This document shows positions 9,579 through 18,680 of a stretch of DNA of 25,486 nt, piece after piece. The stretch is from a virus (Duplodnaviria > Caudoviricetes). Location: positions 1 through 25,486 of the IMG/VR virus record IMGVR_UViG_3300029183_000043. One strand, 5' to 3'. The position numbers and the translations under genes are program-made. The notes beneath the pieces were generated by a model, which made no database searches, had not been told where the DNA came from, and saw only the letters and a list, made by a program, of their open reading frames with translations. How positions within the stretch are numbered: the stretch's first letter is position 1; each line of letters begins with the position of its first letter.

Positions 9579-10435
9579 TGGCCGCTAATAGATTTGGTAT
9601 TGATGTTGGTGAACTATACCGCACCAAAGAAGCCGTTGAAGGTGCTCGCACTCGAAACAAGATGGCCTCACTACAACTAGGTGAAGCAGAACGTGAGATT
9701 GCTGAACGACCTGAAAAAGAACGGCTGGCAAAAGAGCGCAATAAACTTGTTACTGGTTTAAGGCAAAAAGCTGTAACTGGTGATGTTGACGCACAACAAC
9801 AACTTCTTGCTATTGATCCTGAAGGCGGCGCTTCATTTATTGAGGCTGTTGGCAAGATGGACGATAGAAAACTTAAAGTTGCTCAGCAAAAAGTTGATGA
9901 AATGGGGCAAATGGCCGCAACCGTTCTAAATGCTTCGCCTGAAAAGCAAGCAAGACTTTACCAGCAAATGCTAACCACTTTGCCGCCTGAGTCAGTTGCC
10001 AAGATGCCGAAAGAACTTGATCTTAACTTCTTGGAGTTGTCACTATCTAAAGCTATGGCAATGGATAAAATCCTTGAAAACCCAAAAGCTATTCAAGTTG
10101 GTGGTGAAGATATTGTTTATCAACGTGGTAAAGAGATTGCTCGCGGTAAGCGCCCGGTTAAAAAGTCCGGCACTGGTGAAGGTGGCGTTAAATCTGCTGA
10201 TGAAAGTTTGATGTATCGCCAAGCCGCTGAACTAATGGGTGGTATGTTTGACGAAGCAGGAAATCTTAGAGCTTTAGATCCTGAAGTTCGTCCGAAGGTA
10301 CAACAAATAGCAACAAGAGCTTCAGAGTTATTTAAGCAAGGCGGCGTAACTCGAAGTCAAGCGGTAACAATGGCCGCTGAAGAGGTTGAAGGTTCCGCTG
10401 GTGTAGACGATAATGACCCACTAGGATTACGATAA
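9578..10435 (+). CDS. Second ejection protein (gp20 position)
   Basis: Helical and Gln/Ala/Glu-rich; TAATG-coupled to the gp7-like gene; ends DDNDPLGLR. Assignment is mainly by synteny. Confidence 0.65.
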   Translation: MAANRFGIDVGELYRTKEAVEGARTRNKMASLQLGEAEREIAERPEKERLAKERNKLVTGLRQKAVTGDVDAQQQLLAIDPEGGASFIEAVGKMDDRKLKVAQQKVDEMGQMAATVLNASPEKQARLYQQMLTTLPPESVAKMPKELDLNFLELSLSKAMAMDKILENPKAIQVGGEDIVYQRGKEIARGKRPVKKSGTGEGGVKSADESLMYRQAAELMGGMFDEAGNLRALDPEVRPKVQQIATRASELFKQGGVTRSQAVTMAAEEVEGSAGVDDNDPLGLR

Positions 10436-10441
10436 TTACAA

Positions 10442-10469
10442 AGCCCTTTAATTAGGGCTAACCTTTTTT
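10442..10469 (+). terminator. Terminator-like hairpin before the giant gene
   Basis: AGCCCT-TTAATT-AGGGCT, then AACC and T6. The U-tract is offset from the stem, so termination is probably weak. Confidence 0.5.
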
Positions 10470-10482
10470 AAGGAGGACCGCC

Positions 10483-13400
10483 GTGAGCGAGTTCATTCAA
10501 AACTTCCGCATTAAAAACCCTCAGTATGATGATATGCCTGATGAACAGTTGGTATCAGCATTACATAATAAATACTATTCAGACATTCCAGTTGAACAAT
10601 TTAATCAGCAAATAGGCTTTCAATCAGTACAGCCGTTAACACCTGAACAGCCAATCGAGCAACAACCAATAATCCAACAGCAAGAAGTTGATGGCTTTAC
10701 CGGGGCAGCAATGAAAGCGCCTGAAGAAAAGTCAATGCTAGAGCTTGTTAGCGATAAGTTAGGTAATTGGGGTGCTGGCCTTGGTGAACGTGCTGGTGAC
10801 GTTACCGGGGCGTTATTACAAACTATTCAAACAACCGGGGAAGGTCTTGAAGAAAAGTTTCCTATGGGTGGGCTGGTTTGGGAAGACGGTGACATTATAC
10901 CTTCTGTTCTTGGTCCTGAAGAGTGGGCTAAGCGTGACGCTGAGCCAATTCTAACTAAAGGCGCTGATGTTCTTAAAGGTGTTGATCTTGGCTATGAAGA
11001 GCAAGCCAACTGGGAAGGTGTAAAGAAAGCCTTTTCTGAAGGCGGCCCAATGAGCGGCTCAGCTTATGCCGAAGTTTTAGAGTATGGTCTTGAGCAAGGT
11101 ATTAAATCGGTTCCTGATATGGTTGCCACTATCTACGCATTGCCAGCGTATATTTTTGCGCGTTCTGGTGAGATAGGAGAGCAACGAGCAATCAATAAAG
11201 GCAAAGACAAGGCTGAGCTTGAAGACGTTCTTGAGGCCGCTCCTTTTGCTGCTGCTTCTGCTTTACTTGAGCGTATTGGTGCTAAAGGCATGACTTCAGA
11301 CGCTAAAGCTGAATTAGGCACCGAATTATTAAAGGCTGGTATTAAAGAGCAAACTAAGCGAGTTGCTAAAGCTGGTGGTAAGGCGTTAAGCAAGGAAGCC
11401 GCAACTGAAGCTGTTCAAGAAGGTATGATTGAATATGTTGGCGAGCGTTACGGTACTGATGCCAAAATGGATTTCATGGAAGCTCTTGATCGTGCTGCTG
11501 CTGGCGCTGTTGCTGGTGGTGTATTTGGTGGCACTATCGGCACTGGTACCGCTACCGTAAACGAGATCAATTACTCGCCTGAAAAAGTTATTGCTCAAGC
11601 AATGGAAGAAGAGATTGCTTCTAAAGACTTTAAGACTGATGAAACCGCTATTGATTTACTTGATCCTGAACGCGCTCAACTACAAAAAACTGGCACCGAA
11701 GACAAGCTTGAAGCTTCTGAGTTATGGCAAAACCTAACCAAAGAAGAGCAAGCCAAGTTTAAGGAAGTGCTAAACGATGTTGAAAAGCCTGAAGTTAAAG
11801 CTGAAGCGAAGCCTGAACTTGAAGTTGATATTAAAGAACAGCCTATTGATAAAGCTAAAATGCCTGAGCAAGAAGCTGTTGAGGTTGAACTTCCTAAAGA
11901 GCCTGAAAGCGAAAAGCCAGTTAAACAACAAATAACCGGGCTAGAAGTTGTTGAGGCCCCTATATCTGAAATAAAAATTAGTAAGGACGTTCCTCAATTT
12001 AAAGAAGGTGCTGATATTAAAGGTGTAGTCGAACCGCTAGGTGGTAAGTTTGAAAGGACTGGTGTTGCTCCTGTTCAAATTTGGGTTCGTGAAAATGGCG
12101 ACAAAGAAGTAATAAGTGGTCGCCACCGTTTAGATTTAGCTGAGCGTAGTGGAGAAAAGACTATTCCAGCTCAATATCATTATGAGTCTGAAGGCTTCGG
12201 TGTAGATCAGGCCGCTGCTTTAGATGCTGTTTTAAATATCCGTGAAGGTCAAGGTAAGGTAAAAGATTATGTCGATTTCATCAAAGCAACAAAACCAAGA
12301 AAGCAAGAAGCAGAATCACAAGGATTATTGGCAAGGCAGACGGGAAAAAGGGCTTTCTCAATCGCAACTGAAGGAAGTGATGCACTCGTTACCGCCCACA
12401 GAAACGATCAAGTAACAGACGAAGCGGCCACTCGCATAGCTGAAGCCGCGCCCCGTAATGAGTCGTTACAGGCTGTTGGTATTAAAGCAATTCAGGAAGG
12501 TAAAACAATTACCGTTGCTGAAAACTTAGTTAAAGCCGTTAAATCAATGACCAGTGATCAACAACAATCTTCTGGTGATTTGTTTGGTTTTGATGATTCA
12601 GCAATGATTGAAGCTGAAGAATTAGCTAAGGCAGCAAGCAAGAAGCAGTCAGAAATTCAACGTACTTTGTCAGCCGTTCAAGGTGCCGCTAAGCGCCCTG
12701 AACTTGCTGCTAAAGAAGGTGTTGATGTTAAGGGCCCTAAAGCTGTTAAAGCTCGCATTGAAGAACTAAAAAAACAAAAGCGCGATTGGTCTAACTGGCA
12801 CACCAACCCGGCACTTGTGTCTGAGCTAAAAGAACCTGAGCAAAAACAGCAAGTTACAAAAAAAGCAACCGGCATAAAAAAAGATAAAACCCAAGAAAAA
12901 CAAGAGGTTAAAGAAAAGGACACCTTCACAAACTACAACGCAAAAGATAGTGAAGGTCAACCAACTGAGCAGACTTTTACCAAAGGTGAATATGCCAAGG
13001 CTGTTAAAAGCGATAGAGATAAAACATTCTTTAAAGGTGGTGAAATTCAATTTGTTTCACAACCTAAGAAGCAAGTTAAAATCAATGATCAGTGGTATGA
13101 CTTTGACTCTATTGTAAAAGCTGAAAAGCCTGAGCCTATCAAGAAGCCAACAAAGCCACTGTCTGAAGTTGTTGAGTCTGTCAGTAAAAAGAAAGGTAAG
13201 GGATTAACTGAAGCTGATAAGGTACCTGAAGTTTACACTTCTTCTTCATACCGCAACTTCAGAAAGTCAGTAGCAGATCAAACCGCTACGGCTAAGCAAA
13301 TTCTTGATGATGCTGAAAACCTGATCGCCAACAAAGATAAAATCATTGCTGAAATGAGCCAGCGTAAATTTACTAAGGCCATGCTTCAGGAGATCATTAA

Positions 13401-16400
13401 GTCACCTCGTAACGATTTAAGTAAGCCTCAAATGGTTAAGCAAGCTTATGAATCAATGCTTTCTGATCATGTTATGGCTGATGCTACCTTTACTATTTTT
13501 GGTGGTTCTCAATCATTTGAAGAACAGATTATTGAAAAGGTCCGTAAACAAACTCAGGCTGATGTTGATAAAGCTTATGAGAAGCAACGCGAATACCGGG
13601 CGCAAGCTGAAAAGCGCAAAGATGAATTTGTTAAGGCACTAACTAAACCTGAAACACTTACTGAGTTTAAAGAGTTTATTCGTGTTCGCGGTAAAGACAA
13701 GATGACCGCTGAGCAACTTGCCAAGTATGACGAGTTAGTTAGTGAAACTTTAGCCACTGAAGAAAAGCCAGTTGTTGTATCTGGTGAAGTTGAAGCTATC
13801 CCAACTGAGCGAGCGCAAACAAAGCACACTAAAACGGGCGCTGATCTATTTGTCGTTAAGATGAAAGGCCGAGTTGATAAAGATAAGTTCCGTGAGTTGA
13901 GCGCAAAGGCTAAACAGTTTGGTGGCTACTATTCTTCTTACTCAAAAGGTGAAGCTATACCGGGCTTTCAATTTAAAACGGTTGAAGCGGCTGATCAGTT
14001 TGAGCAATTACTATCTGGTAAAGATATTGATAAAAGCGACTTCAACGAAGCAAAAGCTGAAGTTAAGCAATCAAAGAACGCCGATAAGCTTCTTGATATG
14101 GCTGAGAAGATGGAAAACAAGGCCAACGAAGAGATTAATCGACCAAGACAAGCTAACACAGCAAGACGCGCTTCGATGGCTGCTAATGCCGCTGAGCGAG
14201 CTGAGAAGCAACTTGCTTTAGCTAAAACAGTTCGCAATATTGCCACTCGTTTACAGGAAGGCGATTTAACTCACTTAGGCAAGCTTAGCCAAGTAACGCA
14301 ACTTGAAGAGCTTATATCTATTCAGAAGCGAGCTATACCTAATGATCTTTATGAAGCTGGTTCTTTTGATGGCTATTCAATTAGCCGACCTTTAAAAGAA
14401 GGTGTTACCGTTGATGATTATATTGCCAATGTTACCTTCCCTAAAATCGAAGTGTATAACCGCAACATTGAAAAGGTAGCCGACAAACTTAAAGGTAAAA
14501 AGGGCTTTGCTCGCTTATCTGCTGAGTTAAGGCGTTTACCAACTGGCAAGCGTGATGATCTTAATGTTCTAAGTGAAGAGCAATTTACCAAGCTTAAAGA
14601 AGCAATCAAAAAAGACCTGATTGATATTTATGATATTGGTGGCTTTGCTGCTGATCAGTATCAAACTATCTCGCGCATTAAACGCTTAGGCATTACCACT
14701 GAAGAACAACTTCGCGCTGCTATTCGTGAACTTGACTCGTTAAAAGTTGCTAAGCGAAAGGCTGATCCTATCAAGGCTTTAGAGCGTGATTTAGTTGGCA
14801 AGAAGATTGAAGGCTTCTTTCCCACACCAAAAACATTAGTTGATCAGATGATTGATTATGCTGATATTCAAGCTGGCCATGAAGTATTAGAACCTTCTGC
14901 TGGCAAAGGCAATATTGCTCAGGAAATACAACAGGCCGCGCCTGATGCTATTTTAGAAGTGGTTGAGTATAACGCCGGGCTTCGCGCTCTACTTGAAGCT
15001 AAGGGCTACAACGTAGTTGGTAATGACTTCTTAGAAGTAACTAAGAACTATGACCGCATTGTAATGAACCCACCTTTTGAAAACTTCCAAGATATTGACC
15101 ATGTGAAACACGCTTATGACTTGTTGAAGCCGGGCGGTAAATTGGTTGCCATTATGGGTGCTGGCGTTAAGAACTCACGCAAGAAAGCGGTTGAGTTTCG
15201 TGAATGGCTTGATGATGCTGGAAGTTATATCGAAGACTTGCCAGAAGGTAGCTTTAAAACTTCTGATCGTCCAACTGGCGTTTCTACTGTCATGGTTACT
15301 ATTGAAAAGAATGATAGTAATACGCTTGAGCGCAAGAAAGATGATAGCGAATACAAGCGCAAAGATACCAAGCCAGTTAAACCGGGCGCTCGTATATTTC
15401 ACGCGCCGGGCCATAATTTTATTGGTTTATTCCGTTCAACTGGAATACCAGAACGCCGCGAGTTTGTTTCTATAGAAGGTCGCAAACTAAAAATACCTGA
15501 GAAGCCTCAACGCATTGAACCAATTATCTCTAAGTTGGTTAAGATAATGGGCCGTAGAATTTACTTTGGTAAAATCAAAGGTAAGTCTTCTGAAGGCTTT
15601 TACCGCCCTCAAGTTGGTGAGATCAGAACTCGCAAAAAGAATGATGTTGAAGTGCTTGCTCACGAAATGGCGCATTACTTAGACTTTTATTCAAACATTA
15701 CCTTGCCAAACTTCAAGAAGCTTTATAAGGATCCTAAGTTCAACGATGAAGTTAAGGCGCTTAGTTATACCGATGCTGATAATCAGATAATGGAAATTGA
15801 AGGCTTTGCTGAGTTTGTTCGCTTATGGCTTACCAACTCACAAGAAGCTTTAATTCGTGCGCCTAAGTTCTATGAGGCATTTACTAACTTAATGGCTCGT
15901 GACCGTAAGCTATTAAACCCTATGCGCGATATGCAAGATTTGATGCACAAATTTTACTTCCAAGGTCCTGATAAGTTGGGCCAAGCTTTAATTGGTAAAG
16001 ATCCGTCATTCAAGCAACGCTTTGATGAATGGGCTTATCGCCGTGATTCTCGCATTCGCCAGCAAACAATTGACCGCTTTCATGCTTCAAGAAAAGTTGA
16101 GCAAGAGCTTTCTCGTAAGATTGGTAATGTTCAAGAATCAGCTTGGAAACAGTTTAGGCTTGCCAATGGTGGTTCAGAAGGTATCAGTGATTACATTATG
16201 AATTACGGCACCGTTAACTTTGATGATAAAGGCGATCTTCAGCGTACTGGCCAAAGCTTACATGAAGTATTAGAGCCAGTTAAATCAATCAAGTTAAAGC
16301 CTGAGCACGAAGGCGATCAGAAAATTGATGTGCTACTTCGCTACTTTGCCGGACGAAGAGCTTTAGAGCTTCACCGCCAAGGCCGTGAAAACTTAATACC

Positions 16401-18678
16401 AAAAGAAACCGCTAAAGAATGGGCGCGACTTGGCAAAGATTACCCGGTGTTTGAGTCCATTCAGAAAGACTATCAAGCGTTTAATGATCGCATGATGGAT
16501 TTTTACGAAGAAGCCGGAATGATTACGCCTGAAGGCCGTAAGACTATGAGTAAAATGAACAAAGACTATGTTCCTTTTAACCGTATTCGTGAACAATTAG
16601 CTGGTGGCCCTACTGGTGTTGGTGGTGGCTTCCAAAAATTAAAAGGCGGTACCGCTAACTTGAATGATATTTTAGTTAATATTCAAGATGGTATAACAGC
16701 AAACGTGAGATCAGCTTTGAACAATAGAGCCAAACAAAGGCTTTATCAATATATTTCAGGTCATAAAGATGGAGCTATTTTTGCGACTAAGATCGCACCT
16801 GACTCTAAACCAGTTCAAGTTTACGCTGATGAAATGGCGGCTAAGATAGGTAAAGTTCTTGAAGCTAATGGTGTTGTTATTGATGGAGAACTTGATTTAG
16901 CAAGTAAAGATTTACTTACCTTCTGGCAGCATGGCGTTAAGCCTCAGCTAAATGAGTCTGGTAACATTGTTGACTCAGTTATCATCAACGGCAAGCCAAA
17001 GTATTACGAAGTTCAAGACCCTTTACTTCAGGAAATGCTTCTTTCTATGAATCCTGAAAGTTACAGCTCTTTTATGAATGTAATGTTCGGTGTTAAAAAC
17101 TTCTTCACAAGAATGATTACTTTAGGTATTGAGTTTACCGGGGCTAACTTGGTTCGTGATACAACCGGGGCGGCGTTCTTGAGTAAGAATAACTTCAAAC
17201 CTTTTGTTGATTCGTTCAAAGGAATGTATTCATTTATCACTAAAGACGAGCACTATCAGAACTTTATTAAATCTGGTGGCGGCTACTCTTCACGCCTTGA
17301 GGCTATGACAAAAGAAGGCACCGCACGAAGAAGAGTTAAACTTGATGAATTTGGCGTTATGACGATGCCAGAAAAGCTATTGTCTACAATAGATAATATA
17401 GCCAGTGCCTTTGAATATGGAACTCGCATTGGTGAATTCAGACTTGCTAAAAAGAATATGAAATCTGATATGGACGCTGGTTTTGAGGCTAGGGAAATCT
17501 CAACCGACTTTAGCGTATTAGGAGCGAATAGGTTCTTAACCGGGTATATTCGCACTGTGCCATTCTTAAACGCTATGATCCAATCACAGGATAGAGTTTT
17601 CAGGGAAGCGGTCATTCGCAAGAAATACGATGGTAACCCTACAGCATTAGCAATGAAGGCTTTCTTGGGTATCACTGTTCCAACTCTTATTCTTTACTTA
17701 GTGAATAAAGATGATGAAGACTACAAAGCGATACCTGATTACGAAAAAAGAACTAACTGGCATATTAAAGTTGGTGACGGGCAATTCGTTAAAATACCTC
17801 GCCCTTATGATGTTGGTTTTGTTTACGCAACTATGCCTGAGCTTTTTGCCAAGTATGTAGAAGATGACAAGGGCAAAGAGTTTGCTGACGGTATGTTGTG
17901 GACTCTTACGCAAATGTATGGAATTGATGGAACTCCGGCAATGATGACGGGCTGGTGGGATCTTGTTCGCAATGAAAAATGGACGGGTGCGCCAGTTGTT
18001 CCTAAAGCGCTAAGTGATGTTGAGGCACCAGAACAGTACACCTCAAACACCGCTGAAACATTTGTTCGTATGGGTGAGGCTCTAGGCATTAGCCCGGTAA
18101 AAGCTGAACATATGTTTAAAGCTTACACTGGTTATCTTGGCGGTTACCTTCTTTGGGGTACTGATCATATGCTTTGGGATAATGAAAAGTTTGGAGAAAA
18201 ACCAGATAGCAAAGCTTCTGATAATGTTTTCTTGCGCCGCTTCTTAACGCCTGATGTTAGACCAGCAACCGCAGCAATGGAAAAGTTCTTTGACCTTAAA
18301 GAGAAGTCAGACAAGGTTGTTTCAACCTTTAGACAGCAAGTAGATGTTCGCCGGGCAATCAAAGGGCAAATGAAAGCCGATCAGCGTTTCAAAGATGATC
18401 GCTTTTTCGGTCTATCGGCTAACGAAAAAGAAGTTCTTTTTGGTCTTAATGACTCAATGAATCAGTTGATAAAACTCATGTACGGTAAAGACGGTATAAA
18501 AACCGCTGAGCTGAAAGTTAAACATGACAAGAAATTAACTGGTGCTGAGAAACGAGCCAAGCTAGATCAGCTATGGAATAGCAGAAATGACGCATTTATG
18601 AAATACTATTTACAGGCTGATAAGGCTTTACAGAAAGCAAAGCAAGAATCAGAAACTTTTAAACAATTGGAGAATTAA
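10483..18678 (+). CDS. Giant polyvalent ejection protein (gp16 position): ParB/Srx-like + amino-type DNA methyltransferase + zincin metallopeptidase + LPD38-like domain
   Basis: 2731 aa, GTG start after AAGGAGG. Gly/Ala hydrophobic segment AAAGAVAGGVFGGTIG. ParB-like VISGRHRLDLA (GRHR, aa 546-549). MTase FFPTP, EPSAGKG (aa 1470) and NPPF (aa 1529). HEMAH (aa 1727) with downstream EGFAE. LPD38-like YKAIPDYEKRTNWHI...VKIPRPYDVG...ISPVKAEHMFKAYTGYLG. Confidence 0.88.
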   Translation: MSEFIQNFRIKNPQYDDMPDEQLVSALHNKYYSDIPVEQFNQQIGFQSVQPLTPEQPIEQQPIIQQQEVDGFTGAAMKAPEEKSMLELVSDKLGNWGAGLGERAGDVTGALLQTIQTTGEGLEEKFPMGGLVWEDGDIIPSVLGPEEWAKRDAEPILTKGADVLKGVDLGYEEQANWEGVKKAFSEGGPMSGSAYAEVLEYGLEQGIKSVPDMVATIYALPAYIFARSGEIGEQRAINKGKDKAELEDVLEAAPFAAASALLERIGAKGMTSDAKAELGTELLKAGIKEQTKRVAKAGGKALSKEAATEAVQEGMIEYVGERYGTDAKMDFMEALDRAAAGAVAGGVFGGTIGTGTATVNEINYSPEKVIAQAMEEEIASKDFKTDETAIDLLDPERAQLQKTGTEDKLEASELWQNLTKEEQAKFKEVLNDVEKPEVKAEAKPELEVDIKEQPIDKAKMPEQEAVEVELPKEPESEKPVKQQITGLEVVEAPISEIKISKDVPQFKEGADIKGVVEPLGGKFERTGVAPVQIWVRENGDKEVISGRHRLDLAERSGEKTIPAQYHYESEGFGVDQAAALDAVLNIREGQGKVKDYVDFIKATKPRKQEAESQGLLARQTGKRAFSIATEGSDALVTAHRNDQVTDEAATRIAEAAPRNESLQAVGIKAIQEGKTITVAENLVKAVKSMTSDQQQSSGDLFGFDDSAMIEAEELAKAASKKQSEIQRTLSAVQGAAKRPELAAKEGVDVKGPKAVKARIEELKKQKRDWSNWHTNPALVSELKEPEQKQQVTKKATGIKKDKTQEKQEVKEKDTFTNYNAKDSEGQPTEQTFTKGEYAKAVKSDRDKTFFKGGEIQFVSQPKKQVKINDQWYDFDSIVKAEKPEPIKKPTKPLSEVVESVSKKKGKGLTEADKVPEVYTSSSYRNFRKSVADQTATAKQILDDAENLIANKDKIIAEMSQRKFTKAMLQEIIKSPRNDLSKPQMVKQAYESMLSDHVMADATFTIFGGSQSFEEQIIEKVRKQTQADVDKAYEKQREYRAQAEKRKDEFVKALTKPETLTEFKEFIRVRGKDKMTAEQLAKYDELVSETLATEEKPVVVSGEVEAIPTERAQTKHTKTGADLFVVKMKGRVDKDKFRELSAKAKQFGGYYSSYSKGEAIPGFQFKTVEAADQFEQLLSGKDIDKSDFNEAKAEVKQSKNADKLLDMAEKMENKANEEINRPRQANTARRASMAANAAERAEKQLALAKTVRNIATRLQEGDLTHLGKLSQVTQLEELISIQKRAIPNDLYEAGSFDGYSISRPLKEGVTVDDYIANVTFPKIEVYNRNIEKVADKLKGKKGFARLSAELRRLPTGKRDDLNVLSEEQFTKLKEAIKKDLIDIYDIGGFAADQYQTISRIKRLGITTEEQLRAAIRELDSLKVAKRKADPIKALERDLVGKKIEGFFPTPKTLVDQMIDYADIQAGHEVLEPSAGKGNIAQEIQQAAPDAILEVVEYNAGLRALLEAKGYNVVGNDFLEVTKNYDRIVMNPPFENFQDIDHVKHAYDLLKPGGKLVAIMGAGVKNSRKKAVEFREWLDDAGSYIEDLPEGSFKTSDRPTGVSTVMVTIEKNDSNTLERKKDDSEYKRKDTKPVKPGARIFHAPGHNFIGLFRSTGIPERREFVSIEGRKLKIPEKPQRIEPIISKLVKIMGRRIYFGKIKGKSSEGFYRPQVGEIRTRKKNDVEVLAHEMAHYLDFYSNITLPNFKKLYKDPKFNDEVKALSYTDADNQIMEIEGFAEFVRLWLTNSQEALIRAPKFYEAFTNLMARDRKLLNPMRDMQDLMHKFYFQGPDKLGQALIGKDPSFKQRFDEWAYRRDSRIRQQTIDRFHASRKVEQELSRKIGNVQESAWKQFRLANGGSEGISDYIMNYGTVNFDDKGDLQRTGQSLHEVLEPVKSIKLKPEHEGDQKIDVLLRYFAGRRALELHRQGRENLIPKETAKEWARLGKDYPVFESIQKDYQAFNDRMMDFYEEAGMITPEGRKTMSKMNKDYVPFNRIREQLAGGPTGVGGGFQKLKGGTANLNDILVNIQDGITANVRSALNNRAKQRLYQYISGHKDGAIFATKIAPDSKPVQVYADEMAAKIGKVLEANGVVIDGELDLASKDLLTFWQHGVKPQLNESGNIVDSVIINGKPKYYEVQDPLLQEMLLSMNPESYSSFMNVMFGVKNFFTRMITLGIEFTGANLVRDTTGAAFLSKNNFKPFVDSFKGMYSFITKDEHYQNFIKSGGGYSSRLEAMTKEGTARRRVKLDEFGVMTMPEKLLSTIDNIASAFEYGTRIGEFRLAKKNMKSDMDAGFEAREISTDFSVLGANRFLTGYIRTVPFLNAMIQSQDRVFREAVIRKKYDGNPTALAMKAFLGITVPTLILYLVNKDDEDYKAIPDYEKRTNWHIKVGDGQFVKIPRPYDVGFVYATMPELFAKYVEDDKGKEFADGMLWTLTQMYGIDGTPAMMTGWWDLVRNEKWTGAPVVPKALSDVEAPEQYTSNTAETFVRMGEALGISPVKAEHMFKAYTGYLGGYLLWGTDHMLWDNEKFGEKPDSKASDNVFLRRFLTPDVRPATAAMEKFFDLKEKSDKVVSTFRQQVDVRRAIKGQMKADQRFKDDRFFGLSANEKEVLFGLNDSMNQLIKLMYGKDGIKTAELKVKHDKKLTGAEKRAKLDQLWNSRNDAFMKYYLQADKALQKAKQESETFKQLEN

Positions 18679-18680
18679 TT

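Noticed and set aside
10483-18678. Calling the giant gene darB or a virion RNA polymerase
   Set aside because: No Walker A/DExx helicase motifs and no recognisable RNA polymerase catalytic motif were found.
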